A stretch of 64,000 nt of DNA from Eubacteriales bacterium (GTDB taxonomy: Bacteria > Bacillota > Clostridia > Oscillospirales > JAAYXM01), in the NCBI GenBank assembly GCA_045595605.1, contig JAZOAS010000149.1, positions 5,462-69,461 on the forward strand, read 5' to 3'. The position numbers were made by a program, and so were the translations under genes. This document shows positions 1-9,294 of this stretch, in pieces. Numbering within the stretch: the stretch's first letter is position 1; the number at the start of each line of letters is the position of its first letter. The notes beneath the pieces are model-generated. The model worked only from the letters and a program-made list of their open reading frames with translations. It was not told the origin of the DNA and did no database searches.

Positions 1-432
1 CCTTCCTTTGGGTGAATACCTGTCGATATGCGCGAGAATCGGCTTGATTCCGCGCTGTATGATTTCGGAAACAAAATCGAACATCCAGTAGGGCCATGGC
101 TCGGGCGGGAATTCGAGAAGCATATAGCTTGTGCCCTCGATACAAAGCTTCGAAAGCTCCGGAAGCTCTGAAAGCCCTATCGCGAGCTGAACCTCTGCCC
201 CTTTTACGATTTTAATACCGCTTTCATTTTTTGACTGAAGTCTTGCAAAGCACTTCTCCCGCCGAAGCAAAAACTCTTCGATTGTGTCATTTTGTATATA
301 AAAGTGAGGAGTTGCGATTATCGTATCAATCCCTGCCTCTTTCGCGTTCTCAAGCTGAGAGAGACTCACCTTGGTATTTGCAGAGCCGTGGTCGGCGTGC
401 GGGAGAATATGTGCGTGAAAATCTACATACAT
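1..432 (-). CDS. CpsB/YwqE-type PHP-domain protein-tyrosine phosphatase (N-terminal 144 codons; continues beyond window start)
   Basis: Not in the ORF track because there is no stop in the window. Minus-strand ATG at 432..430. Hand translation MYVDFHAHILPHADHGSANTKVSLSQLENAKEAGIDTIIATPHF...ILAHIDRY shows the HxH metal motif and AH.ERY-like motif of CpsB-family phosphatases. It lies directly downstream of the BY-kinase on the same strand. Confidence 0.8.
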   Translation of the reverse strand, partial: MYVDFHAHILPHADHGSANTKVSLSQLENAKEAGIDTIIATPHFYIQNDTIEEFLLRREKCFARLQSKNESGIKIVKGAEVQLAIGLSELPELSKLCIEGTSYMLLEFPPEPWPYWMFDFVSEIIQRGIKPILAHIDRYSPKGR

Positions 433-447
433 AGGGGTATTATCTTT

Positions 448-1281
448 CTACTCTTTGGCTTTCTTTCTTTTTTCAGCTTCAGACGAAATCTCCTGCATCT
501 TTTCGCGGGCAGCGTGGGTACCGTAACCGTAATAGCCGTAGCCGTAACCGTAACCGTACTTGCGCTCGTATTTTTTCCTATAGCTGTACTTTGCAAAAAG
601 CTCTACCTTTTCGGAGCCGTTGAAAACGAAGCCGAGAACTTTTCCTCCGACACCGTAAATATCTTCTACTGTTTTTTTAATTGTTTGAAGCTGCGCCTTT
701 TTTTCGCGGACAACGAAAACTACACCGTCAATCTTTGATGCAAACGACGAAAGGTCCGATACGATGTGAACAGGCGGAGTATCAATCAAAATGAAGTCAT
801 ACTTCTCGCGCAAGGATTCAAGCATCTCTTCAAAACGCGAGGTCATAAAGAGCTCTGAAGGAGACGGCGGAAGCGTTCCCGCAGAGATTACATCAAGACT
901 TTCATACTCGGTTTTTACGATAGGAATTTCTTCAACAAATTCTCCAAGGTAATCTGACAGACCCGGCGAGAGCGGAACGCTTAAGTGATTATGCACCTGC
1001 GGTCTTCTCATATCGGCATCGATAACAAGAATCTTTTTATCCACCCCGGAAAAAGATATACCGAGATTTACACAGTTTGTTGTTTTTCCTTCGTTTGCAA
1101 CCGTACTTGAAAACGCAACAACCTTCTTTTCTTCACGAAGCATAAAGAGGAAGTTTGTTCTCATTTTTTTATATGCTTCAACAATGGCAAAATGGCTACT
1201 GTCCGAGAGGAGTCCTTTTTTTGCGTTGTTTTCAAGATTAGCGTCTTTTCTTAAAAGTCGGGAGATGCGCCTTTTCATCAT
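448..1281 (-). CDS. Bacterial tyrosine (BY) kinase, CpsD/YwqD/Wze type
   Basis: Walker A-like SSTVANEGKTT, Walker A' ILVIDADMRRP and Walker B FILIDTPP. C-terminal Tyr cluster YSYRKKYERKYGYGYGYGYYGYG. Confidence 0.9.
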   Translation of the reverse strand: MMKRRISRLLRKDANLENNAKKGLLSDSSHFAIVEAYKKMRTNFLFMLREEKKVVAFSSTVANEGKTTNCVNLGISFSGVDKKILVIDADMRRPQVHNHLSVPLSPGLSDYLGEFVEEIPIVKTEYESLDVISAGTLPPSPSELFMTSRFEEMLESLREKYDFILIDTPPVHIVSDLSSFASKIDGVVFVVREKKAQLQTIKKTVEDIYGVGGKVLGFVFNGSEKVELFAKYSYRKKYERKYGYGYGYGYYGYGTHAAREKMQEISSEAEKRKKAKE

Positions 1282-1283
1282 AA

Positions 1284-2018
1284 TTACTTCGCCCCCTCTT
1301 TCTTTTTGCTCTTTGATTTCTTTTTCTTTGAGACTTCCTCCAGAAGCTCAAATGAGGGGATAACGCCTATAATAGGAAAGTTTTCAAACGCCTCTTCAAG
1401 GTCAAACTCGTCGTGAACTCTGCCATCAAAAAATTCTTTGAGGATATAAGTTCCAATGGAGAGGATAGCGCCGATAAGAGCACCGAGAACGGTGTTCTTC
1501 GGGATATTCGGAGCAGACGGGGAACGCGGAAGGGTTGCTGTATCAACGATTGTAACTCTACCACCGCTTATAACTCTTTCAATTTCGCCGGGAGCGACCT
1601 TTGTTATTGTATCCGCAATAATCGCAGCCTCACGCGGGTCAGTATGCGTAACGGAGATTCTGAAAATTTCCGTTGAAGAAACCGACTCTGCTGAAATCAT
1701 TCCTCGTACCTGCTCAAGAGAATAACCAAGGCCCGATTCCTTCGCGACCTTACCAAGAACCGTACGGCTATCAAGAATAACAACACAGGTTTCAAGAAGC
1801 TCACGCGAAACATAAAGCTCGTTTGAAGTAACGGATGTACTCTTTTTCTCTGCCGTACCAGAAACATGCAAAAGCGCGGTAGAAGTATATACAGGGGTCA
1901 TGTAGTATGCACTGACGACATAAAACAAAACTCCGCCAAGCAGTATTGCCGCGAGTATTTCCCTGATGTGCGAAAGCAACATAAACAGGGTTTTTTTGAA
2001 ATCAAGTTCCATATGCAC
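1284..2018 (-). CDS. Wzz/CpsC/YwqC-type chain-length determinant / BY-kinase transmembrane activator
   Basis: N- and C-terminal TM segments flank a periplasmic-type domain. There is a 2-nt gap to the kinase gene, the classic cpsC-cpsD order. Confidence 0.85.
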   Translation of the reverse strand: MHMELDFKKTLFMLLSHIREILAAILLGGVLFYVVSAYYMTPVYTSTALLHVSGTAEKKSTSVTSNELYVSRELLETCVVILDSRTVLGKVAKESGLGYSLEQVRGMISAESVSSTEIFRISVTHTDPREAAIIADTITKVAPGEIERVISGGRVTIVDTATLPRSPSAPNIPKNTVLGALIGAILSIGTYILKEFFDGRVHDEFDLEEAFENFPIIGVIPSFELLEEVSKKKKSKSKKKEGAK

Positions 2019-2195
2019 TTTCCTCCAACCAAAGAAGCTTTCTAAAAAAGCTTCCCTATACTCAATCCCATTAGCCTTGTGTTCTTATCAACTGATAAAA
2101 CACGGCGCAAAAATACATTTGCGCAAAACTACCATTATGATAATAATATCATATTAAAATTATTTTGTAAAGAGAAATCACACTTTTTTTTGCTT

Positions 2196-3407
2196 CTATT
2201 CAAGAAAATTAGTTATTATTTTCTCCGCTGCAAGAGACGGGTCTTCATTATTTTCTACTTTTTCGTCAGAAAAGCGCAGATATCGCTCTTTTCTTCGCTC
2301 ATAAAGCGCCGCAACATCCTTTGAAAGCGGTCTTCCATCCGTTGAGAGACTTTTCAAATCCCTTTCAATCAGATAGATTTTTCCGTTCTGGGATAAAGCA
2401 TCGCGGTTTTCTTCTCTCTCGACAACTCCACCACCGGTTGCAATTACAAGCCCGCTTTCCTTTGCGACCTCAGCGACAACGCGCTTCTCTATCTCGCGGA
2501 AAGCGCCTTCCCCCTGCTCGGTTATGATTTTTGAAGGCGCGCCGTAGAGCTTTTCAATTTCGCTGTCCGTATCTACAAACCTTCTCGAAAGCGCTTCTGC
2601 AACAAGCTTTCCGACCGTGCTCTTCCCGCTTCCGGGCATTCCGATAAGAATAATGTTTGAAACGGAGCGACTTACCGACATGACAGCCTCTTCTATGAGG
2701 CTTTCTGAAAGCTTTTTGCCGAGGAACAGCTCTGCCGCGCGAAAGCCCTGAGCCGCGAGCATATAAAGCCCGCCGACATTCGGGATTCCCAAAGCTTCGG
2801 CATCAAGTAAAAAGCGCGTCTTCTGCGGGTTATATACGACATCCGCTACTCCCGCGCACTTCGGAAAGCGCGCAAGGTCTATCGGCGCGGTCCCGTTTTT
2901 AGGATACATGCCGACAGGCGTTGTGTTTATTACTATTTCCGTATCGGAGAGGGTATAGACATTGTCATAGTTTACCTCACCGCTTCTCGAAACGACCGTG
3001 ACACTTTCAACCCCAAGCCTTTTAAGCGCAAGGCGCGCGGTTTTTGAGGTTCCGCCGCTTCCGAGGACGATTACCTTTTTTCCGCGCACCGCGATTTTTC
3101 CCGCTTCCAGCATATACATAAACCCGAAAACATCGGTATTGTCGCCACACACCTTGCCGTCGCGGTATGTAACCGTATTTACGCACCCCGCCTCTTTCGC
3201 GGTGTCGGAAACCTCGTCACAGAGAGAAAACGCAAGTTCCTTGTACGGAATCGTGACATTCATTCCCGAAAGCTCGCCGCTTTTTATAAAAGTTTCCGCC
3301 TCTTCGCGACCTTTCGCGTAGTATTCATATTCGTAATCGCCGAAGACACTATGTATCTGCTTTGAAAAGCTGTGGCGCAAGGTTTCGCCCAAAAGCCCGA
3401 ACTTCAT
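2196..3407 (-). CDS. aroE-aroK: Bifunctional shikimate dehydrogenase (AroE) / shikimate kinase (AroK) fusion
   Basis: The N-terminal ~270 aa is AroE-like (MKFGLLGETLRHSFSKQIH..., NVTIPYK, GSGGTSKTA NAD(P) loop). The C-terminal ~150 aa is AroK-like with P-loop IILIGMPGSGKSTVGK and FVDTD. Confidence 0.85.
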   Translation of the reverse strand: MKFGLLGETLRHSFSKQIHSVFGDYEYEYYAKGREEAETFIKSGELSGMNVTIPYKELAFSLCDEVSDTAKEAGCVNTVTYRDGKVCGDNTDVFGFMYMLEAGKIAVRGKKVIVLGSGGTSKTARLALKRLGVESVTVVSRSGEVNYDNVYTLSDTEIVINTTPVGMYPKNGTAPIDLARFPKCAGVADVVYNPQKTRFLLDAEALGIPNVGGLYMLAAQGFRAAELFLGKKLSESLIEEAVMSVSRSVSNIILIGMPGSGKSTVGKLVAEALSRRFVDTDSEIEKLYGAPSKIITEQGEGAFREIEKRVVAEVAKESGLVIATGGGVVEREENRDALSQNGKIYLIERDLKSLSTDGRPLSKDVAALYERRKERYLRFSDEKVENNEDPSLAAEKIITNFLE

Positions 3408-3535
3408 TTTCCTTCTCTCCTGTCTGTTTTTTGCTTGCTTAAATTATAGCACATTCCGAAGCTTTTTAAAACCCTATTTACAAATAGTATAATTTGACAT
3501 ATAATATACATATTGCAAAATTTGGGGGTATTTAC

Positions 3536-4222
3536 ATGAATACAAATTTTCCGAGAACGCTCTCTCTTCTCCGAAAGGAAAGCGGGATGAGCCAAAGAGC
3601 CGTAGCCAAGGCGCTCGGCGTTTCTCAGGCAGTTCTCTCTCATTATGAAAACGGGCTCCGCGAGCCGGGGCTTGAGTTTGTCGCAAAGGCGGCGGATTAC
3701 TACAAGGTCTCCTGCGACTTTCTGCTTGGCAGAACGATGTCGCGAGAGGACTATACAATAAAGCCGGAGGATCTTCCCGATATGTCCGAGGAGAAAGACA
3801 ATGTCCTTCGCGGTAGCGTGCTTGCCGCACTTTCGAAAAAGCTTGTCGTAAACTCCGTAAGCCTTATTTTTGACATCGTCGGAAAGGCAAAGAGCAAGAA
3901 GCTCATTTCGGAGACTGCCATGTTCTTTAATATGGCGATTTACAAGGTTTTCCGCACGCTGTATAGCGCTTGTGGCAAAAACAGCGAGGACTTTTTCTCT
4001 GTAAACGACAAAGTCTGGCGTGATCTTGCAAACGCCGAAATGGCGATGAATTCCTTTAATATAAAATGTGCCGCGGAGAATGTTAAAATCGGCGACGATG
4101 CAGAGGAGTCAAAGCTTCCCGAGCTCTCGCCCGAATACATTTCAAGCGAATATCCCGCACTCACGCAGTCGCTTCTTTCCGTTCTTCAGACTGCGGGAAA
4201 AAGACTCGAAGAGAGGCTTTAA
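3536..4222 (+). CDS. XRE-family helix-turn-helix transcriptional regulator with uncharacterised C-terminal domain
   Basis: HTH LRKESGMSQRAVAKALGVSQAVLSHYENGLREP. I prefer ATG 3536, preceded by GGGGGT at 3524..3529, over the track start 3494. Confidence 0.75.
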   Translation: MNTNFPRTLSLLRKESGMSQRAVAKALGVSQAVLSHYENGLREPGLEFVAKAADYYKVSCDFLLGRTMSREDYTIKPEDLPDMSEEKDNVLRGSVLAALSKKLVVNSVSLIFDIVGKAKSKKLISETAMFFNMAIYKVFRTLYSACGKNSEDFFSVNDKVWRDLANAEMAMNSFNIKCAAENVKIGDDAEESKLPELSPEYISSEYPALTQSLLSVLQTAGKRLEERL

Positions 4223-4225
4223 GCT

Positions 4226-5326
4226 ATGAAGGAGAAAGCTCACATCTTTTATTTTGACTATCTGCGAATCCTCGCGGCGTTCTTTGTCGTCTTCATGCAT
4301 GTCGCATCAGGCCCAATGCGAGGCGAAATGACCGCAGGCTGGCACGGTTTAAACATCCTGACAAGCCTTTCGTTCACGGCAGTTCCACTCTTTTTTATGA
4401 TGTCGGGATATCTTCTCCTCTCAAGCGAAAAAACGGCAGATATTTCGCTTCTTTTCCGTCGCCGTCTGCCAAGACTTGTGCTTCCGCTTATATTCTGGAG
4501 CATTGTCTCGGTAATCTTCAAGCTTTATCTTGACGGTAGCCTTTCACTTATGTCCTTCTGGAGACATCTCCTCTCCGCACTCTCCGAGCCTGCGTGGGTT
4601 CATTTGTGGTATATGTATATGCTTATCGCATTCTACATTCTCTCGCCCTTCCTCCGCGCAATGGTTTCAAGCCTTACGAAAGGCGGGCATATACTTCTCT
4701 TTTCTCTCTGCGCACTCATCTCACTCCGCTCGATTCTCGCTGCAATTTTCCCTGCTGAATGGGACCGTTTCTTACAGATAGACATAATAAACAAGCTCGA
4801 GCTTTTCGGCGGGCACCTTGCGACCTTTATCCTCGGATATTACCTCGGCACATCCAAAAAGAAGGTTTCAAACCTTCTTCTCGCTTTGCTTTTCACTGCA
4901 GTGCTTCTCTCAATCATCCTCGGAACATATTTTATCTCATCTGCAAAGGGCGCATATCTTCAGGACTTCCAGCGCCAAAGCGCAGGCTTTGAGGTTGTTC
5001 TTGCAGCGAGCCTTTTCCTTCTTTTTAAGCAAAACACAAAAAGAGAGACCCCGTCGGGCATACTTTCCGAGCTTTGCGCACTCTCACTTCCCGTATATCT
5101 TATGCACAACCTGATTCTTTTCTATATAAACAAAATCGGATACGGCGCGGTTTCGTTTGTCGATACGCTTAAAATCAGCGTTCTTCTGTTTGGCGCGTGT
5201 ATTATCCTTTCAAAAACACTTACCACAATACCCTTTATCTCGTTTGCAAGCTCGGGAATCTCCTTCCGCGATGCAAACAAGTCCTGCAACTGGGTATATA
5301 CAGTTAAAAAGTTATTAAAGAAATAG
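4226..5326 (+). CDS. Acyltransferase family 3 integral membrane O-acyltransferase
   Basis: About 10 predicted TM helices and the N-terminal FDYLRILAAFFVVFMH motif typical of acyltransferase_3 (OatA/WecH-like). Confidence 0.8.
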   Translation: MKEKAHIFYFDYLRILAAFFVVFMHVASGPMRGEMTAGWHGLNILTSLSFTAVPLFFMMSGYLLLSSEKTADISLLFRRRLPRLVLPLIFWSIVSVIFKLYLDGSLSLMSFWRHLLSALSEPAWVHLWYMYMLIAFYILSPFLRAMVSSLTKGGHILLFSLCALISLRSILAAIFPAEWDRFLQIDIINKLELFGGHLATFILGYYLGTSKKKVSNLLLALLFTAVLLSIILGTYFISSAKGAYLQDFQRQSAGFEVVLAASLFLLFKQNTKRETPSGILSELCALSLPVYLMHNLILFYINKIGYGAVSFVDTLKISVLLFGACIILSKTLTTIPFISFASSGISFRDANKSCNWVYTVKKLLKK

Positions 5327-5357
5327 AAAAAGCCTTCCCTTCCGGGAAGGCTTTTTT
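5326..5357. terminator. Bidirectional rho-independent terminator
   Basis: A5-AGCCTTCCC-ttcc-GGGAAGGCT-T6: a 9-bp GC-rich stem flanked by an A-run and a T-run, between convergent genes. Confidence 0.75.
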
Positions 5358-5358
5358 A

Positions 5359-5466
5359 TCAGAATTGAAAACCGATTATAACGGCGAGGGTAAGTATTCC
5401 AAGCGCTATTACGCCCTCTAAAAGCTTTACCGAAACTTTTGCGCCTTTATAAATGTTGTTCTGCAT
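5359..5466 (-). CDS. Possible 35-aa single-TM micro-protein distal to the sugar ABC operon
   Basis: Hand translation MQNNIYKGAKVSVKLLEGVIALGILTLAVIIGFQF. The ATG is 4 nt after the mglC-like stop with AAGGAAG upstream, and it is followed by the 5326..5357 terminator. Below the ORF-track cutoff. Confidence 0.3.
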   Translation of the reverse strand: MQNNIYKGAKVSVKLLEGVIALGILTLAVIIGFQF

Positions 5467-5470
5467 AAAG

Positions 5471-6535
5471 TTACTTCCTTACAAGGTATTTTCTCATATC
5501 TATCGCGCAGGCGATAAGGATTATAAGTCCTTTGATTACATACTGCAGATTCTGGTTTACCGAGAGGAAGGTAAGACCTACAAAGATAATTCGCAGTAGC
5601 ACGACACCCATAATAACTCCGCGGATTTTTCCGATACCGCCGACAAACGAAACGCCGCCGATTACACACGCCGCAATCGCGTCGAGCTCGTAGTTAAGAC
5701 CGGTGGCGGCGGAGTTTGAGCCGATTCTCGCGCCCTCGATAAAGCCCGTCACGCCATACAGCGCACCCGCAAGCGTAAAGACTAAAATTATCGTCCGCGT
5801 TACATTTACGCCCGACACATGCGCAGCTTCAGAATTTGAGCCGACGGCAAACATATTCTTGCCAAAAGCCGTCTTGTTCCACACAAACCACATAATCACG
5901 GTTATAGCGAGCGAATACCACACGAAATTCGGTATCGCACTTCCGCCGATTTTGAGAAAGCTTCCGTTTATGAACTCCGTATAGCTCGAATCAAGCCCTG
6001 AGATTGACTGACCGTTGTTCGTTCCGAGCGTGAGGTACATAAGCAGTCCGCCGTAGATTATAAGCTGGGTGGCGAGCGTTACGATAAACGGGTGAAGGTT
6101 GAATTTCGCCGTACAGAAGCCGTTTACCGCGCCGAGAAGCGCGCCTATCGCGATTACGAGCAATATTACAACAAACACAGGAATCGTCGGAAGCGACGGG
6201 AACATCTTGTTCGCATACCCCGTAGCCTGCAATAGCGACGCCGCAACGCACGCGCACGCGCCGACTGCGCGACCTGCCGAAAGGTCAGTTCCCGTAAGTA
6301 TAATCGCGCCCGCAATTCCGAGCGCTATCGGCAGGTTTGCGGCAGAGAGCGAGATTATATTGACGATTGACCCGGGCGAGACGAAGCGCGGGCGGTAAAT
6401 TGCTATTGCGATTATCACTATTACAAGAAAAATGTAAAGGGCGTTATTTATGAGAAACTCGCGCCGTCTTCTCCGTCTTTCCCCCTGCGGCTCGTCTCCG
6501 AAATTCCCGAGCTTGAATTTTGATTTCTTTTCCAT
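5471..6535 (-). CDS. mglC: Sugar ABC transporter permease (MglC/RbsC family)
   Basis: Polytopic membrane protein with the branched-chain/ribose-type permease layout. Third gene of a binding-protein/ATPase/permease operon. Confidence 0.8.
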   Translation of the reverse strand: MEKKSKFKLGNFGDEPQGERRRRRREFLINNALYIFLVIVIIAIAIYRPRFVSPGSIVNIISLSAANLPIALGIAGAIILTGTDLSAGRAVGACACVAASLLQATGYANKMFPSLPTIPVFVVILLVIAIGALLGAVNGFCTAKFNLHPFIVTLATQLIIYGGLLMYLTLGTNNGQSISGLDSSYTEFINGSFLKIGGSAIPNFVWYSLAITVIMWFVWNKTAFGKNMFAVGSNSEAAHVSGVNVTRTIILVFTLAGALYGVTGFIEGARIGSNSAATGLNYELDAIAACVIGGVSFVGGIGKIRGVIMGVVLLRIIFVGLTFLSVNQNLQYVIKGLIILIACAIDMRKYLVRK

Positions 6536-6544
6536 GTGACACCT

Positions 6545-8041
6545 CTATACATATTTTGTTGCAAGCCGCATTATTTCTTCCTGGGTTGCGTTTTTTGCAT
6601 CCACCTCGCCCGCAATCCTTCCTCCCGACATGACGAGTATCCGGTCGCACACGCCGAGAAGCTCTGGCATCTCGCTTGACACCATGATAACCGCGCGCCC
6701 TTCGGCGGCGAGGTCGCCTATTATGCTGTAAATCTCATACTTTGCGCCGACATCAATTCCGCGCGTCGGCTCATCGAGCAGGAGAATGTTCGGCTCGGTG
6801 AGGAGCCAGCGCCCGAAAATGACCTTCTGCTGGTTACCGCCCGAGAGCGAGCGGATTTTCGTCTTCTGCGACGGGGTTTTTATCCGAAGCGAGCGGATAT
6901 ACCTATCGCACGCATCGCGCATACCCTTTGCATCAAGCCAGAGCTTCCATTTTCGGTAGCGTTTTCGGCTTGAAATCAACATATTTTCCCGTATATCGAG
7001 GATGCCGAAGATTCCGTTGCGGCGGCGCTCCTCTGTCAGAAACGCGAAGCCGTTTTTTATGGCGTCTCTTGCGTTTCTGTTTTTTATTTCGCGGCCATTT
7101 AAAAGTATTTTCCCGCTTTTTCGCTCGGCTATTCCGAAAAGGTTCTCCAAAAGCTCCGTCCTTCCCGCACCGTCAAGCCCTGCAATGCCGAGAATTTCGC
7201 CCTTTTTAAGCTCAAACGAAACCTCCGAAAGGTTTGAGTGGCGGGATGAGAGCTCCCGCACCTCCAAAAGCACCTCGCCGGGCTTATTTTTCTTCTCAGG
7301 AAAGCGGTTTGTAAGCTCCCTGCCCACCATAAGCTTTATTATCTTTTCCATAGTAAGGTCGCGCGCGGACTCCGTCGCGATATACTTTCCGTCGCGCATG
7401 ACGGTTACCTCATCGGCAATACGGAGGATTTCCTCCATTTTATGCGAAATATATATTATTCCGCACCCCTCAGCCTTAAGCATTCCGATTATCTCAAAAA
7501 GGCGCTCGACCTCTTTGTCCGAAAGCGACGAGGTGGGCTCATCAAAAACTATTACCTTCGCGTTATACGAAACGGCTTTTGCAATCTCCGTCATCTGGCG
7601 CTGGGCAACGGGCATCGTCTCCATTATCCTTTTTGGCGAAACGGTCATTCCGAGACGGGAAAAAATCTCACGCGTTGCCTCGTTCATCTTCTTATCCGAC
7701 ACAAGCGGCCCGATTTTCGGATACCTTCCGAGCCACAGATTCTCAGAGACCGAGCGTTTGAGCGCAAGCTCAAGCTCCTGGTGCACCATCGCAACTCCGC
7801 CGTCAAGCGCCTCTCTCGAGCTCTTGAAGGAGACGGGCTTTCCCTCAAGAAAAATCTCCCCGCTATCCTGCGAATATATCCCGAAAAGGCACTTCATAAG
7901 CGTGCTTTTTCCCGCGCCGTTCTCGCCCATAAGCGCGTGTACAGTTCCTCGGCGCACTTTTAACTCTGCTCCGTCAAGCGCCTTTACACCGGGAAAGCTT
8001 TTTGAGATGGAGCGCATCTCAAGAACAATATCATTTTCCAT
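6545..8041 (-). CDS. mglA: Sugar ABC transporter ATP-binding protein, duplicated ABC domains (MglA/RbsA family)
   Basis: Two ABC cassettes: GENGAGKST ... LSGGNQQK and a second Walker/LSGG set. Length 498 aa. Confidence 0.9.
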   Translation of the reverse strand: MENDIVLEMRSISKSFPGVKALDGAELKVRRGTVHALMGENGAGKSTLMKCLFGIYSQDSGEIFLEGKPVSFKSSREALDGGVAMVHQELELALKRSVSENLWLGRYPKIGPLVSDKKMNEATREIFSRLGMTVSPKRIMETMPVAQRQMTEIAKAVSYNAKVIVFDEPTSSLSDKEVERLFEIIGMLKAEGCGIIYISHKMEEILRIADEVTVMRDGKYIATESARDLTMEKIIKLMVGRELTNRFPEKKNKPGEVLLEVRELSSRHSNLSEVSFELKKGEILGIAGLDGAGRTELLENLFGIAERKSGKILLNGREIKNRNARDAIKNGFAFLTEERRRNGIFGILDIRENMLISSRKRYRKWKLWLDAKGMRDACDRYIRSLRIKTPSQKTKIRSLSGGNQQKVIFGRWLLTEPNILLLDEPTRGIDVGAKYEIYSIIGDLAAEGRAVIMVSSEMPELLGVCDRILVMSGGRIAGEVDAKNATQEEIMRLATKYV

Positions 8042-8046
8042 ATCAT

Positions 8047-9111
8047 TTATTTTCCTGTAAATATTCCGTACGGAATACGGATTTTTGATACATTGTCGTC
8101 AATATTCATATTTTCCGTTCCGTCCATTACATCCTTGCCCTCGCTTATATTCAGCGCAAGGTGAGCTATCGCCTTCGCCATACCCTCGGCGTCCTGCTTT
8201 ATTGTTCCGCTCATCTTACCGTTTTTTATGAGCGATACTGCGGCATCCGTCGCGTCAACTCCGAAAACAGGGATGGTCTTTCCGCCCGTTGTGTTGTACC
8301 CCGCGGTATTGAGCGCAGTTATCGCGCCCTCTGCCATTCCGTCGTTATTGCAGATGACGGTCTCAACCATATTCTTGCCGTTTTCCGTATATTCAGTGAG
8401 GATTGTCGTCATATATTCGTTCGCGGCTGAGGCTGACCAGTTTCCGTTCTTATCTACAAGATACTTGTCACGGTTGTTTGGGTTATAAAACGAAAGCTCC
8501 GGTTTTCCGCCCTCGCGAAGAAGGCGGTTTGCATCCTCAACGGCATACTTTGTTCTGTATTCCGCCTCGGCATTGCCCTCCTGCCCCTTAAACATTACAT
8601 ACGAAATCTTCCCGTCACCGTTTAAGTCCGTCGCGTCGTAGTTCTCTAAAAGGAATTTTCCTATCATCTCACCCTGCATGTGTCCCGCCTCGGCGGCATC
8701 CGTACCTACAAAGGCGCACTTTTCATAGCTTGCAACGACATTGTCGGAGACCTCGCGATTGAAGAAAACAAGCGGGATATCCGCGGCTCTTGCCTGATTT
8801 ACTATGGCGTATGCCGCGTCGTCAGAGCCCGTTTCAACAATGTTTACCACAAGCATAGTCGCGCCCTTTGTTATCGCCGTCTGCACCTGCTCCGCCTGGG
8901 TCGTCTGGCTTGAGTTTGAGTCATAGTCCTGATACTCAACGCCGATTGCCTCAAGCGCATTATCAAGCGACGCTCTTACCGTCGAGATATACGGGTCTGA
9001 ATATGTGTAGTAAAAAACAGCGACCGACTGTTTTTCTCCTCCGCCTTCCCCGCACCCGCAAAGGCCGAATACGAGGGTGGCTATAAGCGAAAATAAAAGA
9101 AATTTTTTCAT
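8047..9111 (-). CDS. mglB: Galactose/glucose-type periplasmic-binding lipoprotein (MglB-like)
   Basis: Lipobox LVFGLCGCG and type-I PBP fold sequence. I prefer ATG 9111 (GGAGAGG SD) over the track start 9144. Confidence 0.8.
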   Translation of the reverse strand: MKKFLLFSLIATLVFGLCGCGEGGGEKQSVAVFYYTYSDPYISTVRASLDNALEAIGVEYQDYDSNSSQTTQAEQVQTAITKGATMLVVNIVETGSDDAAYAIVNQARAADIPLVFFNREVSDNVVASYEKCAFVGTDAAEAGHMQGEMIGKFLLENYDATDLNGDGKISYVMFKGQEGNAEAEYRTKYAVEDANRLLREGGKPELSFYNPNNRDKYLVDKNGNWSASAANEYMTTILTEYTENGKNMVETVICNNDGMAEGAITALNTAGYNTTGGKTIPVFGVDATDAAVSLIKNGKMSGTIKQDAEGMAKAIAHLALNISEGKDVMDGTENMNIDDNVSKIRIPYGIFTGK

Positions 9112-9294
9112 TATTACCTCTCCTTTTTTTGCGTTTGTTTTCATTATGTCCCTAACTTGCGAGATGAATACAAAAAGACTAAAAAAAGATATTTTTGAAA
9201 ACTCACCGTATAATCTTATATATAATATACGAATAGTTTTCGCATTTTTAATGATTTTACGGCAATACTATCTTTTGAAAGGAGATTGATTATT

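Noticed and set aside
7002-8060. 352-aa plus-strand ORF, plus several 60-170-aa ORFs, antisense to the mglA-like ATPase gene
   Set aside because: It is fully nested opposite a gene with unmistakable ABC motifs. The composition is Ser/Arg/Pro-rich as is typical of antisense frames, and there is no SD and no recognisable domain.
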